The notes: generated by a model from the sequence alone, not told the origin. Shown: positions 1-14,675, numbered from the stretch's first letter. The stretch is 64,000 bases of DNA from Polymyxa betae A26-41 (GCA_003693705.1 RBZT01000672.1:178838-242837); one strand, 5' to 3'. Translations and numbers: made by a program.

Positions 1-203
1 CGAGGATCTCTTGAAGTTTTCTTGGTTCGGTGCCGCATATGCATGACCTGATTGCAAATGCCAATCGTGTGCTGATTGTCTACTACTGTCCTTTTGCTGC
101 TCTGTCTGCGAATAAAGTGCAATTTTGTATATATTCATGTGATAAAGCCCTTGAATCTGGCAGGATATTATTGTAATAAACAATATCTTCTCAAAGCTCT
201 AGA

Positions 204-2924
204 ATGCTAGATGATCCCCGGGTGAATATTTTGTGCCCTCGATCGTATTTAGGCCTGAATTGGAAGGACATTCTGCGCCTAGTTTTAGGAGCCCAGCAGT
301 CTAATCGAGACCCCGAATCTCACAAACCGCCTGATCATTCTGCACATGCCAATGTTACTAAAGGCAATCATGGGTTCGGCCATTGATACACGTTGGCATT
401 GTCATGATTCCAAATACATACAGGAACGTGAAGACCGGGAAAACTCGCTCTCGACAACAACGTTTGAAATCGTATCGTAAAACTCTGGTAACATGTCCCC
501 CATGTCGCTGTTCATTGCTATCAGCATTGGTCTCATTTCATATTGGTGTGTCTAGACTAAGGTCTCCAATACTTATCGACCTCTACTATCATTTGTGAAC
601 TACTCGTCGGGCATTACGCCAGCCCTGGCTGGGAATGTCACCACCGCCCGCCGCCAGTATCTCTACGTCACACAACGACTTGTTGATCTGACCCGGTCGA
701 CGTCGGCTGCGTTCTTGTCCAGATATACAAACCTATCCAATACCCATCGATATGGGTCATTGGTGCTCACGTACATCGCTTTCTCGATTCGTTCTTTTTT
801 AGAGCTGTCCAGATGCTTTCTTTTGGCCAAAATATTACTTCCTGTCGCATTTGATTTGATCGAAACATTTTTCAGAAATCAAACTGTTGTAATTTGGAAG
901 CGTCCCGAACGCCCACATCGGTTGCTGTCTGCTCTACCTGATATGGGATTCTACATCTCAGAATTGATCGAATATCGAGATCTGTTTCGTCACATTTGCA
1001 AGCAATGCCGAGGAGCAGGCGATGTTCGCGGCCAACAGCAAGAGCATTCTCTGGTCCTGACACGGGCCATGTTCAAGCTCTGGGTTTATCAACATCTGGT
1101 TCAGGCAAAGTCCAGAGAATATCACTGCAAGTTGATCCATTATCTGAACTTAAATGGCAGGGCCTCGCTAGATTTGCTGTTAAACCGCTTCTTTGACCAG
1201 TTCGCCTCAAGCCCCTCGCAAGGTCATTCGAGATTTTCATATTACCCGTTGTTTTCAAGAAAAGTTTACTTGTTTAAGTTTCCACTTTTTCCATTGAAAT
1301 CAGGACTTCAATTTATGTCAATATGCGTTAGGTATGGATTTTACTGATTACTTCTTCATGATCGCCCTGTTAAGCAAAGGCGGATCCTCTCCTGGGTTTC
1401 AATGTGCTTTCGACTGTAAGTGGGACTTTCTTTCGCCGGCATTGTCTAACCCAGCGATCAGCCTACGACTTGAACGGTGACGGCAGTGTCGACAGCCATG
1501 ATATATTCGCTGCAATCTTCCGCGGCTATCAATATATTTTGGGCAATGACATTTATGCTCTTGCTAAGGTTTGTACTGGCCGAAGCAGCTGGTCGACAAT
1601 GTGACGACATTTATAGTGCGTTTCCGGGGGGTCTCGTGAGCGCCCAGCACTGGAAAACGGCCTTGAGCGCGATGCTCCGGTGGTTATCGCCTTTCAGGAT
1701 TTCTACAGCGCCAGCTTAGATGATAGTGAAACTGACCTAGGTAATGATTTCTCCTTAATTGCTCGCACATTCGTCGTTTGACGAAATGGCTTGGTCTTCT
1801 TGCAACAAGTTTTGCTCAAATGCTTTTGACCGTTTCGTTTTATAATTCGTACGTAGTGAATTATGTTAATCCTTTGTTAACATTTAGGAAAACTGATTCT
1901 GGACGTATTCTATCGTCTATTGCGAACTCGATCATCAATTCAGATTTATTCCACATCAGACACCGTATCGCTCATGCAGAATTCGGATCGTCTCCCGCCC
2001 ATTCATAAACGACGTACTGCTGATCGGGCTGTCTCCAGCATGATCCTCCCTGACATTGCTCATCTTACGGTTTGTAACGATCCGCTCCGGATTCTGCTCG
2101 GCAACCGACCCCATTATACTTCAGTCGGAACAAATGATGGGCCTTAAATCGATTTTCGACCACGCTTGTCAGTCACCAACATCTGAAGAGATGTCACGAA
2201 AGGCGCTCGCTGATGCGTTGCATGTTTTCCTGAACGATGCCGCTGTTGTGAGCGATGATGTCATCTACGAATTTCTGACACTTGGTTGGATAGCTGGGTA
2301 ACGATGCTTCATGGAACTGATTTCAGTTCAGGTTTTGACCAGAACCGCACCTGGGCGTTAAGTTTCACCGAATTCGCCCAGCGCATCTCTGAATTATATT
2401 TCGGGTCTGCAGTAGATTTGCATCGTATCGTATTTCATATGATTGATAAGAACAACGACGGTATGTATGCCCATTGCTTGACCATATTTTTGAACCGTAT
2501 TATAGGACAATTGTCCTTACCAGAACTCTATTCGATCTTGGAAGATCCGCGAGTGTCACCAATCTTGAGCAAAGATATTGAACCACTGATGGATTTGATC
2601 GTCAGCAGAAATCACGATCCGGACAAATCCGAAAACGTGGTATACTGGAGTAGTTTGCGATTGTCGGTTATTTGATTTTAGCTTCGGCCTTTATCTTTCA
2701 TGACTTTTAGAGCTCAAAATTGTTTACTGAGATTGCAGGTAACCTTTCATGACGTGACCCGGATATGGAAGAAACCGCAGGCGCTTTCAGTGTTCAAGAA
2801 GGACATCTGGGAGGCCATTGAGCAGCATAACGAAAAGTCTACCGGTGATGAACCTCCAGTGTTGGCCGCCAGATCGGCCCGCGCCATCCCCATATTACTT
2901 CCGCCCATCCTGAAAGTAGATTAA
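204..2924 (+). CDS. Multi-exon EF-hand calcium-binding protein (boundaries approximate)
   Basis: Two EF-hand loops: YDLNGDGSVDSHD (~1465-1503) and spliced IDKNNDG|QLSLPE (2441-2525). Exon fragments are joined by ~50-nt GT-AG introns. The last exon ends ...PPILKVD* at 2924. Confidence 0.6.
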
Positions 2925-3079
2925 ATATTCTAGGCATTGAGCACGGGACTTTGGAGAAAACATAATCTGTATTTGGTAGTATTCGATTTGCGTATGCTGC
3001 TGTTTTGACAATATGTAATCTGAAGGCATTTTAGAACACTTTTTATTCTCTGTATTTAGTTGTGTTTAGTTATCGGTTG

Positions 3080-4768
3080 TTATTCGCAAGCTATTTTATA
3101 ATCAAAGCTACTCAATGCAATTGCAAAGGCTTGTAAAGGGGTCAGAGGCGCTCTACATCTCATATTAGTATTGCACACTGACTGCCATAATTGCACCTAC
3201 CTGAAATCCATAGTGAAATTATCTTTGGCGACACGTCCAAATTGCATAACGACAACGCTGTCTTGCGCCGAAGGGGTCACATTCGTCTGAGCTGGCGCAT
3301 GACATCCCGTCTGAATCAGCTGGAAGTTCTTGACACTCGCCATTGTGACGCGCCCATTGAAATTCAACACGTAGGCGCCGACCTCTAATTAAATACCTGT
3401 CAGGTCGCATTTCAGCACAAACAATAGGGAATTACGATCGCTCCATTTCGGAGGTTTGTTCTCCAGACAGAGGATCTTATTAGAAATTAAATGTTCTCCG
3501 CTTTTGAACGCTTCCAAGAGCTCGAGTTTGTCGCTGCTTGCCGATCCTCTGCAGCAATCATCAGGACAATTGTTGTTGTCAATTGAAGGGAACGCACTCG
3601 GAAGGCAGCAAAACAGTCATCTTCCTGGGTCCCCGAGAACCCAGAATATTTGACTGATAAAAGACGCATCCAAGCTCCTATAAGGAATGGTTTACAAATC
3701 GATGTCAATGCAACGTTTTATACCTTTCTGGATGTTTTTGGAGTCATTAGCGAGTCTTGGGTTGCAGAATCTTTCGGTTTCGCTCCACTATCATAAATGG
3801 TAAATTCAGTCCCGATGAAATTCGACCTGTTCCGTTTTTGATCAGTCATGTCGGTGACAATGGGTTTATCAAAGGCGAACCGTAGTTTCCCCACGAAATT
3901 TGAAGAATCCTTATTGAGATCATGGGTATCTTTGGAAATGAGATAATTTGAAGATTTGTTCTTAGTCCTGTACAGAAACCTGTCATCAACCACAACTAAC
4001 CCTGCACCATTGCAACCTTTTCTTTGCTGCCAAAATGAAGTGATCGCCGTTCTTCAAGTAGAGCTCGTATTTTGGATAGAGGCGGTTCTTTAACCCGCTA
4101 CGTTGCCTAATGATGTAGCATTGAAGCTGAGCGGACGGTGGGCTACAATAGCGATCATTTCAGTTGGGTCCCACAACATATAATGCTGGCTCCAACCTGT
4201 TCAGAAACCGGTTCATATCCTTAAAATCGATATCGCCCGGGGAAAGCGCTGATGATGGATCAGGTTCCATAGCGTTGGTATCATTGGATGCGGTTGGGTC
4301 AAAGATGGGCTCGATTGCGTCCGTGCTGCTACTGCTTCCTTCCGAAGATCTTCCTTTCCCATCCTGCTTGCAGTTGAATTCAGATTGACCTTGTAAAAAA
4401 CACCGATTACATCAGTGAAATCATCGGCCACTGAGCTGCTCTGCTTCTTGACGATACGATTGGTTGGGCTGGAGCCAATAACAATCGCTGTGTCGTCACT
4501 CGTCATCTTTATGCTGGAGGCGCCCGCCATTGCCGCCTTCCTGGCCTCTTTCTTTTTTAAAGCTAACGCCCTGGAAATAGCTTCAGTTCCTTCTAGAAGA
4601 AAATACGTTTGTGGTTGTTGTAAGATACCGCTGCTCTGCGAGGATATCTTTCATTTTGTTCTTCTTATCGTCATTGTTGATTGCCGACGCATCTGGCTGG
4701 TTTGGCGGCGATCGGTGAGACCCGTCACTTCCATCAACATCATCAAATATATGTTTATTGACAAACAT
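3080..4768 (-). CDS. Tubby-like protein (TUB/TULP family), multi-exon
   Basis: Tub-domain motifs [53 protein letters not shown] region, [14 protein letters not shown] and the C-terminus [22 protein letters not shown] (stop at 3080). Start taken as MFVNKHIF... at 4768. Confidence 0.9.
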
Positions 4769-5194
4769 GCTGGCAGGAGAAACGATGGGGAACGATCAAT
4801 GGCGGAACCAAAACGATGATGAAGAGCGATCTTGATCGTCTCCGTTGTACCCACTCCAATGTTATTTTCATAGATCATAATAGTGTTAAAAAGGCCAGAT
4901 GTACTTAAGCTATTCTGATTCTCTTACGAAATCCCCGATGCTGGCGTTTTTCATTGCATTTCAGCGCAAAGGAGGCAGGCAGTCAAACTTGAGCCTTTCT
5001 TAAAACTCAGAAGCAGAGCAATGTTCTACAACCTCGGATGTCAGAGTGAGACTTACTATGTCGATTGATAACGACCCGTAGATATGATGTTTTTCCTCTT
5101 TTCATTCATCCCGACTGGTCTAGTCGCTATAAACATATTTCGGCGATATATCAAACCGATTTAATCAAATCGTATATGTTGTTTAATTCCTAGT

Positions 5195-8100
5195 TTAACT
5201 AATTGTCTCATTTCCGCCAATATTGATAACTGTAGCGAATATATTTCTGAATCTGCTTAAAGCTCCTGTGTTCGAGTCAGTTGAGGGCCTCGAAGGAGAA
5301 TGCGATCTGGTCTGCGAAGGAGATGGAGCTCGCGAGTCTGAAGATATGTTCTTGATACAGCGTGTTGCACGCTCAACGAATGCTGGGTAATGCGGGCATG
5401 AGTTTACTAGCATGGTATCCAGGGTCCGCAGCAGACCAGAATCACGTATTGGAGATCGTAGTCTTACATGACGAGATAATCTGATCGAACAGTTTTGTCA
5501 GAAGAACCAACAAGAGTACAACTAGCCTGAAACCTCTGCAAAGCTAATCCTAGTGCATCACAGCATTGTTCTCTTTCGGGAGATTCTGCTGAGTTTGTCA
5601 TCGCATGAAGCGCAGCGTCCAGGGCTGACAGCACCTATGTGATCAAATGAGTTCAACAAAAATGAGCAAAAGTTATAAACAGAACCTGCAACTCATATAG
5701 CTGCATTGAAGTGTGCTCCTCTATTGCTAGAAACGCTATAACCGATGCTGCACCCGTTGATCCCGACGGAAGTAGAACCGATAGCGAAGAAGGCGATAAG
5801 GGATGCTCTTCTAGATCCAGAGATTGGCGACGAAGAACGGTTATCGCAACCTGTAATTCAACCGAACAAGTCAGTCAAAGTAGATTGTAAGCTAACAAAC
5901 TATACCTCTGCGACTACTGCAGTATCAATCATGTCCATGAGGAGCTGTGTAGCGATCGACTTCTTAATGTTAGGAAATGTTGAGAATGCTAGATTTTATA
6001 TTACGTACACGATTGGCTTCAGTGTGCAGAGACGCCTGGAACGATTGAGACGCTTCAGACACAGTTAACAACAAAGTGAACATGTCGGGCGTCAGGAGTT
6101 CATTCGCAGGGCCTGATTGGCGAACGTGAGATACGCAATGTCCAATGATAGTCAACCAGGCTGATAAGAGCCGCCAGTCTCTCATCACATTATTATTAAG
6201 AGCGTTCATTACCTGATCGCATTCAGATGTCATTGCATTTCAACTTTTTCAGTAAACCGACCACAACTTCAGAAACATTTCTCGAATAAACTGCTGGAGC
6301 AATCTTGAACACAGATGGAAGCATTGAAGCAACAGCATTGGTGACACGTTCATCGACACCGACGTAATACGACAATATCGACAGCAAAGTGGCGGGCATA
6401 CCGGGAACTTGCAGTAGGATAGAACCTATTCAGAATTAAGTTCGATTATATCGGAGCATTATCTAAATTAGTATTACTGGGGAATGTTGTTAAAAGCTTG
6501 ACGCAAAGTGTTGGAGATGATTGAGCGAAGCTCTGCATTGCCGAATGGCATAGATTAAGTTGAGCAATACCATCCTCCTAGAAGCACACTGAGATTCATA
6601 GAGTAACAAATGATACCAAAAGTTACTCTGCGAGCTGATGAAGCGAAAAGCGCTACAGCGATGTCCAAATTGGCTGCCACTGCAGTTTTGAAGTCATAAA
6701 ATTGGTCAAGCAATTAAGCAAAATTGTTGATTACCTATTTTGTCACAGCAAATTTTAACCCCTCTCACGAACCGCAACCCGCTACATTGTCGGAACTGAA
6801 CTTGAGCAGCTAATCAACGTAAGCAAAGAGATTTCATATCGACCAACTCCTTACGCCATGATTGTTGCAAGAGTAATGCAAGCGAGTGAATCGCAAGCGA
6901 AGAAGCGCACATGGCGTTCTTAGATGCCTGGCATTGATGGCTGCTTTGTAGAGTGTATATCAGAACGTTTACGACACCCAAATCAACCTTGGGAGAATTA
7001 AGCCGTTTCCATCTATCAGTTACCAGATTGACTACCAGAGATTTGACTCGATCTTCGACAGAAGAAAGGGCGGATATTGTCGAAAGGGCATATAAGCAGG
7101 CTTGAGATGATGATGATCGATTACGTAAGATATCAAAGAGAAGTGGAACTGGATCCTGAGAAATCAAGTCAGATTGGCTTAGAGCAATCCAAACTGGTTT
7201 AACTTGAATGGGATGTCTTGAAAAAATGGAATGACAAGCACGAATGATTTCTAAATCATGGAAATTTAGATCCAAGCATTCAGCAAGCGCAAAGGTCATG
7301 TTTTTCGTTAAAGTATTAGCATCTTTAGACAGGATTCGCATTGCTACAAGACATGTAGATCCACCTAATGGATTATATCTACGTAGGCACTCCACAATAG
7401 CATCGCAATCAACACTTATTGGTGTACTCTGGTCTGATTTACTCAATAAGTAATTTTGACTTTATGAGCAATTCTACCACTTACCGTATGTAGCCAGTTC
7501 TAAAAGCAGCTCGAGTAGTGGTTGTCCATTTCTTGGAGGGCTTACTTCTTTCAATCGCTGTTGAATATGCCTTGAAGGCGTCACTCATTATGGGCGTAAG
7601 AGCGGAACACGAATTCGGAAATACCTTACAGATGAATCGGTTAGAAACTCATCGATCAATAAAGGATATGCTTTCACCAAAGCAAGAGCTAGTTGGGCAC
7701 CATGGTCGGCGAACGTTCCATTTTCCACGCTCAGCCCCTAATGAAACTATTTAACGGCGGTTATGTGCTTTATGACGAGATTACGTGGAGAGCCAACTCG
7801 ACTGGACTCTTCGTCAATTCTGATATAATATCCAGAGTGGATGAATTCCCAATCACCTGGGGATGCAGCAGAAGCAGAATAATGTCACCATATATTGACG
7901 TTAGCAGCGGGTCTGAATCTGCGACAGCATATGTTTACTCCCATAGTTATAGAGCCACGACTACCTTTACGGTCATGGAATGACCAGGATTGGATTACGG
8001 CCTCAATCCCGCCCAGACGGATTAAAACAGCTATGGCAGGTGGATGCTTCCAGATTAGATTCGCCAAAACAGATGAGCAATGCTTTGAAAGTGATACGTC

Positions 8101-11100
8101 ATTCGGGCGACAATACAGACATATCTGAAAGATTTCGGTTATTCAAAACCTAAAGAGGATTTGCGACAGATGACAACCGTGATTCCTTTTACGATCTCAA
8201 CATCTTCGGCGATCGCTTCAGCACCTAGAATATCTCTGAGCATGTAATGCATGAAGACAAGTGAAAAACTACCGGCAGGCAACGATACGATATGTTGCAA
8301 AACTTTCAAAGCTATTTCAGCTTCACCATCATCAAAAACTGTTGGCTACAATGGTCTTAAGTCTCCAGCGAAAAATATAAAAAAAATATTCTATCGGTAC
8401 CTTACTACAAGAGAAAAACATTGCTTCTTTGACTTTGATCATACCGCCAGCATTGATGAATCTTGTTATATTCCCGGTCGAGATTGCGATCAGATAGAGC
8501 AGCTGCACAGATTCAACGTCGCTTCCGAGCATTAAAACAATATGACGTAAGTGCCGGCATCGGGCGATGGATTCTGCATATGACCTGTCTAACATTCTGT
8601 GAGTTAGCTCTGACCAGCCGTATAGAGAATCTAAACCTGCTGTAGCTTTATCCAATACGTGTTTTAGCAGTATTGGGAAATCTGCAGATGTTCCAGGATC
8701 GCAGAGCGCGGCCTTGACCAAACGTTTGGCTTCAATCGGTAATCCATCCAATTCAGGCAGCGGATCATCTTCATCAGGAGTGTTCAATGGAACAGATCCA
8801 ATAGCGTCGTGCTTGAAAGCATCGCTGTTTTGCTCCTGCTTTTTTACTGACATAGCAGAATCCTCCTGACAATGGATCGGCAACAGTAAGGCTAGAGCAA
8901 CGTTAACGAACCTGAATTTCAGTTGTTGACGAATCCGCTTTCTCAGGCTCGATTGGCGCCCCTGTCCATTGGACAGGTTTCGGGTGCTGAAGGCGTGATA
9001 CATGTCCTCTCCACAGTGACTGAATTTTGATTGAAGAGCTCCATCGAATTCGCAGATACCTGTAAAGCAATCAGGATCAATGTTAAAAGCGTTTTAGCCT
9101 GAGCCGACTCACTTTCGAATGGACTGTTGCAAGAAGATACACGCCTTCCTTTTTAAACGGTATCGACTTCGATGCTGCATACCCCGAACATGGCGCTGGA
9201 TTTTGGTAGCCATTTCAGCAAGGACACAGCCGACCAAGGCTTCCAAGCGTTCATATACACTTGCTTTAAAAAAAACTTTCGATTTGCCGATTTGTACCAA
9301 GGGCGACGGGAACTCAAGTCCAAGAAATTGGAAGAGAAAAGCAACTATTCGTAGATGAGACAAGGGTGTCAAAAATAATAATATCGGTATGCATTACGCT
9401 GTTCCTTTTGAGATAAGGATAGATTACGTGTTTGAGGGCAAAGTGTTCCAAATCTTTTGAAAAGAGAATCGAATGAATGTCCTGGGAAGAAAGTGAGTTG
9501 AATTGAGTTCATATATCTTATACTCACTTTGCGGGTACCCATCGGACCTTATTCGAATGGCCTCGACAATCCCAATGTCTCTTAGTTGACCTGGAACAAA
9601 AGCTCTCAATGTCCTTCAAACCAATATATAAATTCACATATATTTACCCGCAACCATTTTGGAGTCGAATGTCAAAGGGGCATTAGCACTGTTCGATTTG
9701 ATGCAGCGAACAAAGTGAGGATCGCAACTTGACAAACGCGCCGTCAAATCGATTAAGGATTCGTAGAATTGTACCACCAATGTCTTCTTTGAGGTCCCAA
9801 TGACGTTAACGCTTTTACGTGTGTCTCTTTGTATGTTCGATGGGCTTTGCCTTGTAACAGCCACGATATCATCGAATAGATGCGCAATGAAAATCGAATG
9901 ACACTTTGAAATTAACTTGAATCAAATGTTAATTCAAACGCAGCCAGACGACCAGATGAACTTACAGCTGTTAGGCTGGTGGAGAACTGTTGCCGATTCT
10001 TGACAAGAAATCCTGTCACTGTATAAGCAACGGTACCGCAGTAATGCTTGATGCTGAACATGTCTCCTCCAAATCGCTGGCGTATGAAATGGGCGTTCTG
10101 TACCAAGAAATTCCGATTAAACAAGAGATACCATTATGCCATTTACTGACTTGAGCTGTGGTACCAGTGAAATTTTGTTCCATTTTGGTCAGCAACGTGG
10201 CATCAGTTGCTTTGGGAAACTTCGATTCCTCATCAAGAATGCGAATCAGGCCTAAAGGCGTCTAGATGGAAGTCAGATAGCATTTAAAATTAACAAAACG
10301 GTTATCTGAACCTGCTCAAACAGATCGATACAAGGCTGGTTATTATGATACACAATGTGACCAATGTCAATCCCCTCAGAAGCATATGCATCCAGTTCGA
10401 ATTTGAACATGTAGTCGTTAAAAAGAACTAAGAGACGTTAAACGTAGTCAGAAAATCGCCTGCTAGGCATACGCTGCAATCTCTCATTGGCGTAGTTGAT
10501 ACAGAGCTGCTCAAATGAATTCGTTTTGAAAGATTCAAATCCGAAAATATCCAGAAGCAGAACCGAAGCACAAGCTTGGTGCTTATCGCTTTCAAATTCT
10601 TGATTCAGTCGCCGGATGATGAATTGAAAGCAGCGCTCATATAGTTGCTGTGCCAGCGTATCCCGTGTACTTGATGCCTAAACAGTTTATTGTGAGCCAA
10701 AAACAAAACTCATGGCTTTGTAACCTGTTCTGTGTCATTCTGCATGAAAACCGTTTCATCTCGAACATACGACACCCGTTTGGTTAGAGCCAGTGAGAGC
10801 TCATCAATAGGGCAGCCCAATATTTCGCTTACGGTCAACAAAGATTCCCCTGATCGAAGACTCAGCATAAAATATTTGGATAACAATCAACAGTTCATTA
10901 CAGACCCGATAAACTTTGGTCTACATTGGCGGCGGCAGACTCCGAATCAGTAAACTTTATATTGCCTAAATGTAGAATGGCACACATTACTTCCATCAGA
11001 TTGCTGCATTCTTCTTCAGTGAATCGTGATACAAGCATTGAATCCTGAACGTGAAAGTCATCAATGGAGAGATATTATAAACATGACGGTCGCACTAGAA

Positions 11101-12404
11101 GAGACTGATATTCGGAAGCAGGATCCTCCCCATTGATTTCGTAGCAACCAGTTCCGTTTAAATATGACAGGAAATTACGTTCCGGCAACCGCCATTTTGC
11201 TGCGATTTTACTTTAGTGCATTGCGTTGAGTTGGCCTCCGCAATGCAGGGATTCATACCTTTGAAATCTTTTGGTGCGCCAGCCATAATGTAATAAAATA
11301 TATGGAAATTTCTTTCGTTTGTATTCTGCACTGAAACACGCGACTACGAAGAAAAAACTGAGTTAGAGATAACGACTCAGCATGCGAAGAACCTTCTCTA
11401 GTAGATCTGGAGCATACAGTAAGTTAAGTTAAACAATCATATTGGTCTGTGGATTGAGACTTACAAGACTCGAACTTAGCGCCGACCAGCGTTCCACTTT
11501 CATTGAATTGACATTCGAACAGCTTCCCCTGTTCAAGATGTTAATAATTTCTTAAAGTAGGAACTGTTCACAACAAATCGGCTCGAGTTATGATTGCGGA
11601 CAGTTTTCGCATTGCCAAATGCCTCTAAGACGCAGCTCGTGCTAACGACTCGCTTATCGATTCCATCAGTTTCACAGCCAGCGTTAGCGCTCTTTTTCGA
11701 CAGATGTTTGACAATAAACTTGTTGGCCTCCGTCTTTCCAGCGCCGGATTCCCCGCTAACACTGAAATCAGAAAGCAGTTCATCAAGTGCCACATATCGA
11801 CCTAATGATAACGGCCTGATTACGCCTGCTCGCTCTCATCTGCCTGTATACATCATCTGCAAACCCATAGATATGCGGTTGCATTTGATTGTTGCCATCA
11901 GGATACAGTGGAAAAGAGCCGCGTCGTATCTGGTTGATGGCCTCATCATAAGACGATACTGCTGCGAATGGGTTCACCGACACGAGTATGTCGGCGATTT
12001 TAGTCTAAATGGCCAATTGATTAGGATGACCCCAACATGAACAGAATACGCCATAACGTTACATATATCAGTTGTCGCTGGAAACGCAGACGCAGATTTT
12101 GGAGAACAGAAGCCTCGTGCAGGCTGCTCATTGTTGTCATGTCTGAGAAGCCATTATCAGGATATGTTATGCCGCTGAGGCATGACGATGCATGAACGGA
12201 ATGCATCTATAAAGGTCCACTTAGGTATCGGAGGCTGTGGAAATGGCTTCGCCTTACATTCCCAGCGGCATCGCATACTCGAATGGTGTTTTCGTCAACC
12301 TGGCCTTGAACAATGCAATCGGTCCAGACTTCTTTCTCGTCTGGTATATACACATGCGTTGCCTGCAGAGTCATGGAAGACAGCCGGCGTGGTTCAGAAG
12401 CCAT
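5195..12404 (-). CDS. Unconventional myosin: motor domain, IQ motifs and a long Leu/Ala-rich helical-repeat (ARM/HEAT-like) tail
   Basis: Motor motifs [28 protein letters not shown]-loop [64 protein letters not shown] and [10 protein letters not shown] motifs IQRHVRG and IQSLWRG. Splicing continues in frame into helical exons 8332-9003, 6814-7446, 5970-6233 and 5195-5413. Confidence 0.85.
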
Positions 12405-12702
12405 CGCCTTTGTAGTGCCCTGAGCCACTGTTAGGAGGGAGTACTAGGCCAGATATTTGACGATCTTTCTATTAGAGAATTTTTCGTACATACAGTAAGT
12501 ATGTCTCTTTGATAAACTAGGTTTGTCACTTTTTAATAGCTCTTTCCTATCTGCCTACTATTTGTCGAATTGCCTAATGTGTAAAAAGAACATGTGCGAA
12601 ATCAACAGCTGTTATTTCATATCACAAGGAACAATTAAAGCAGCAAGTTGGAACCGAAATCGAGTGATTGTACTAAATAGTATCTGTTTTATGGCATGCG
12701 GA

Positions 12703-13194
12703 TTACACGCGGCGACTCGGGGATCCACCAAGTACACGAACAGCTTTGCCATACCGATTATAGTATTTGAAATCTTGTGGAGCAATTCCCATTACTGATG
12801 AAGCCTTGATTGTACGAGGAGACAATGGCGAACGTAGATTTCCTGTTCCAACCTGCAGATTCTTATATAGAATAAAATTTCGACAACATCAATTTACCTC
12901 TAGTTGATTTGTGTCCAATTGAGCAGTACGGCTGCTTTCAAGTATGCTTTCACATCTTGCATTACACCACATCTCTCGAAGCTGGACGTATTCATCATAC
13001 GATGGCATATCTTCTCTGAAACGTAGCCGAGCGATCTTTGACGAACAAACTAATCCGAGATAATCGCTGTAGAGCTCGATGTCTGCATACGCAAGCCCGA
13101 GATATGACGTTAGCTTGATCCATCTCAAAGCTTCGGCTGCAGATACAGGGACCTGCCTGGTGCTGTCTCTGTTAATCTTGGCGATAGGCATCAT
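12703..13194 (-). CDS. Hypothetical protein (5' end uncertain)
   Basis: ORF 12889-13206 plus a GT-AG intron leads to a last exon VGTGNLRSPLSP...GGSPSRRV* (stop at 12703). No family recognised. Confidence 0.35.
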
Positions 13195-13773
13195 CAATGA
13201 TCGCAATTTGAGTCAATTCGCAATGAAGGAATTCCTGGTGGCCCTGACAACTGCCAACTACCGACTCTGTAACAGAGAGAAGGCTGCTGCATCTATCATA
13301 GCCAGCCCCTATGAATATCCTTCTTTACGTATAATTCACTTATCTACGGGGGGGCATGTACTACTCAGCTACATCGTTTTCATTATCAACTGATGAAGCG
13401 ATGGGGGAAATGATGAACAGCTCCAAATTGATAATAGCAATCAAGGCAATGCCTGGGTACTACCGGCCTTGCGCTTAGGATACAGAGCCGCCCGTTGACG
13501 AAGATCAACGAACAAGACGAGTCCAATCCAATTTAAATGATGAAGCGGTCATGGACTAAAGCAGCCACCGCAGTGTCATTCATTATTGCACTTTCTCTAT
13601 GTTCAGACTGTAGATTGACATCTAATCTGTTGATTGTTTGGTCCAGAAACTTGCCTGGATATGAAACATTCGATCAAGATTCGGTACCAATATCCCTACA
13701 GCTTTCTAAGTTGCTTAACGAGGGATCTGTTAGAAGGGACCTAGACTTCGTCTGCCCCTTTAACAACAGTGAA

Positions 13774-14675
13774 ATGGAACTTGAATTCTTACCCTGTCAT
13801 AAATCGTTCAAAAGCAATCCTCTTCTAGTTCATCCTGCGGTTGGTCGGGCACGACGACCGACATCCAAACTGCCTCCAGAAACTTTCGTTTATGGAAGTA
13901 AATCCGATTTCAAGGACAATTTGGATGCTGGAGAGAGTCGTGTATCTTATTTAAATTTAGCTCCACAACTCATTTTACTTTAGTAATATTTCACTGGAAG
14001 CAGCATGTTGCGAATCCTTTGGCTAAACCGGGGCTTGACTTTGTTCGCCTGAACATTTCCTCAGTCGATGAAGGAGCGCTGACATCGCAGCAAGTCAGCT
14101 GGGTCATTCTCGTATGAACAGGTTGGAATTTACAACTTAACAGGTGGCACAATATCGTAAATCACATGAAATCCGATTACGACAAGGATTACGACAGGCG
14201 ATATCTAGAGATATGCCAGCTCATTTTAAAGATATCACATTCGGTAGCTCCATAGCGTTCTTTAATCATGCAGTCTTGTGAGAGTGCCTTTAGGGAAAGA
14301 AGCGAAACCAGCGGAACGTGAGGACTTCAGAAGCATCATCACCAATCAGGCACATGCAGCTTGGATCCAAGGGCAACGCAAACGAGCCCAAGAACGGAAC
14401 AAACTGATTCGAGTATAACGGATATCAACACTGTGTAAATGCTGAGAGATACTTTGCAGAACCGATTGACAGGAACCGGTGTAGCACCACGATCCACTCG
14501 GGCAGATGAACTTCGGTTGGCACAGAGGCAGTCGAAGGAGGCGTTAATGAAGCATAAATCTGAATCGTCGTTGTGGAAGATGGAGCGATTTCGTCATATT
14601 CAACCGCGATTGCCCGTTGCTTGTTCGCAATCGCCACACTGCTCAGCGGTTTTCAATGCAACGAAGGAATCCTAA
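13774..14675 (+). CDS. CFAP77: CFAP77-like ciliary microtubule inner protein (DUF4483)
   Basis: NPLLVHPAVGRARRPTSKLPPETFVYG, W..H...PGLDFVRLN..SV..GA.T..QV..YR..HEIR and the C-terminal LWKMERFRHI match recalled CFAP77 motifs. Confidence 0.75.

Noticed and set aside
204-2924. EF-hand gene as the CatSper calcium sensor EFCAB9
   Set aside because: It is far longer than EFCAB9 and no specific similarity was recognised beyond generic EF loops.
11594-12040. 148-aa plus-strand ORF, and similar ones at 4415-4819, 33247-33717, 40278-40724, 49563-50051 and 63022-63396
   Set aside because: These are antisense shadows of genes on the opposite strand.
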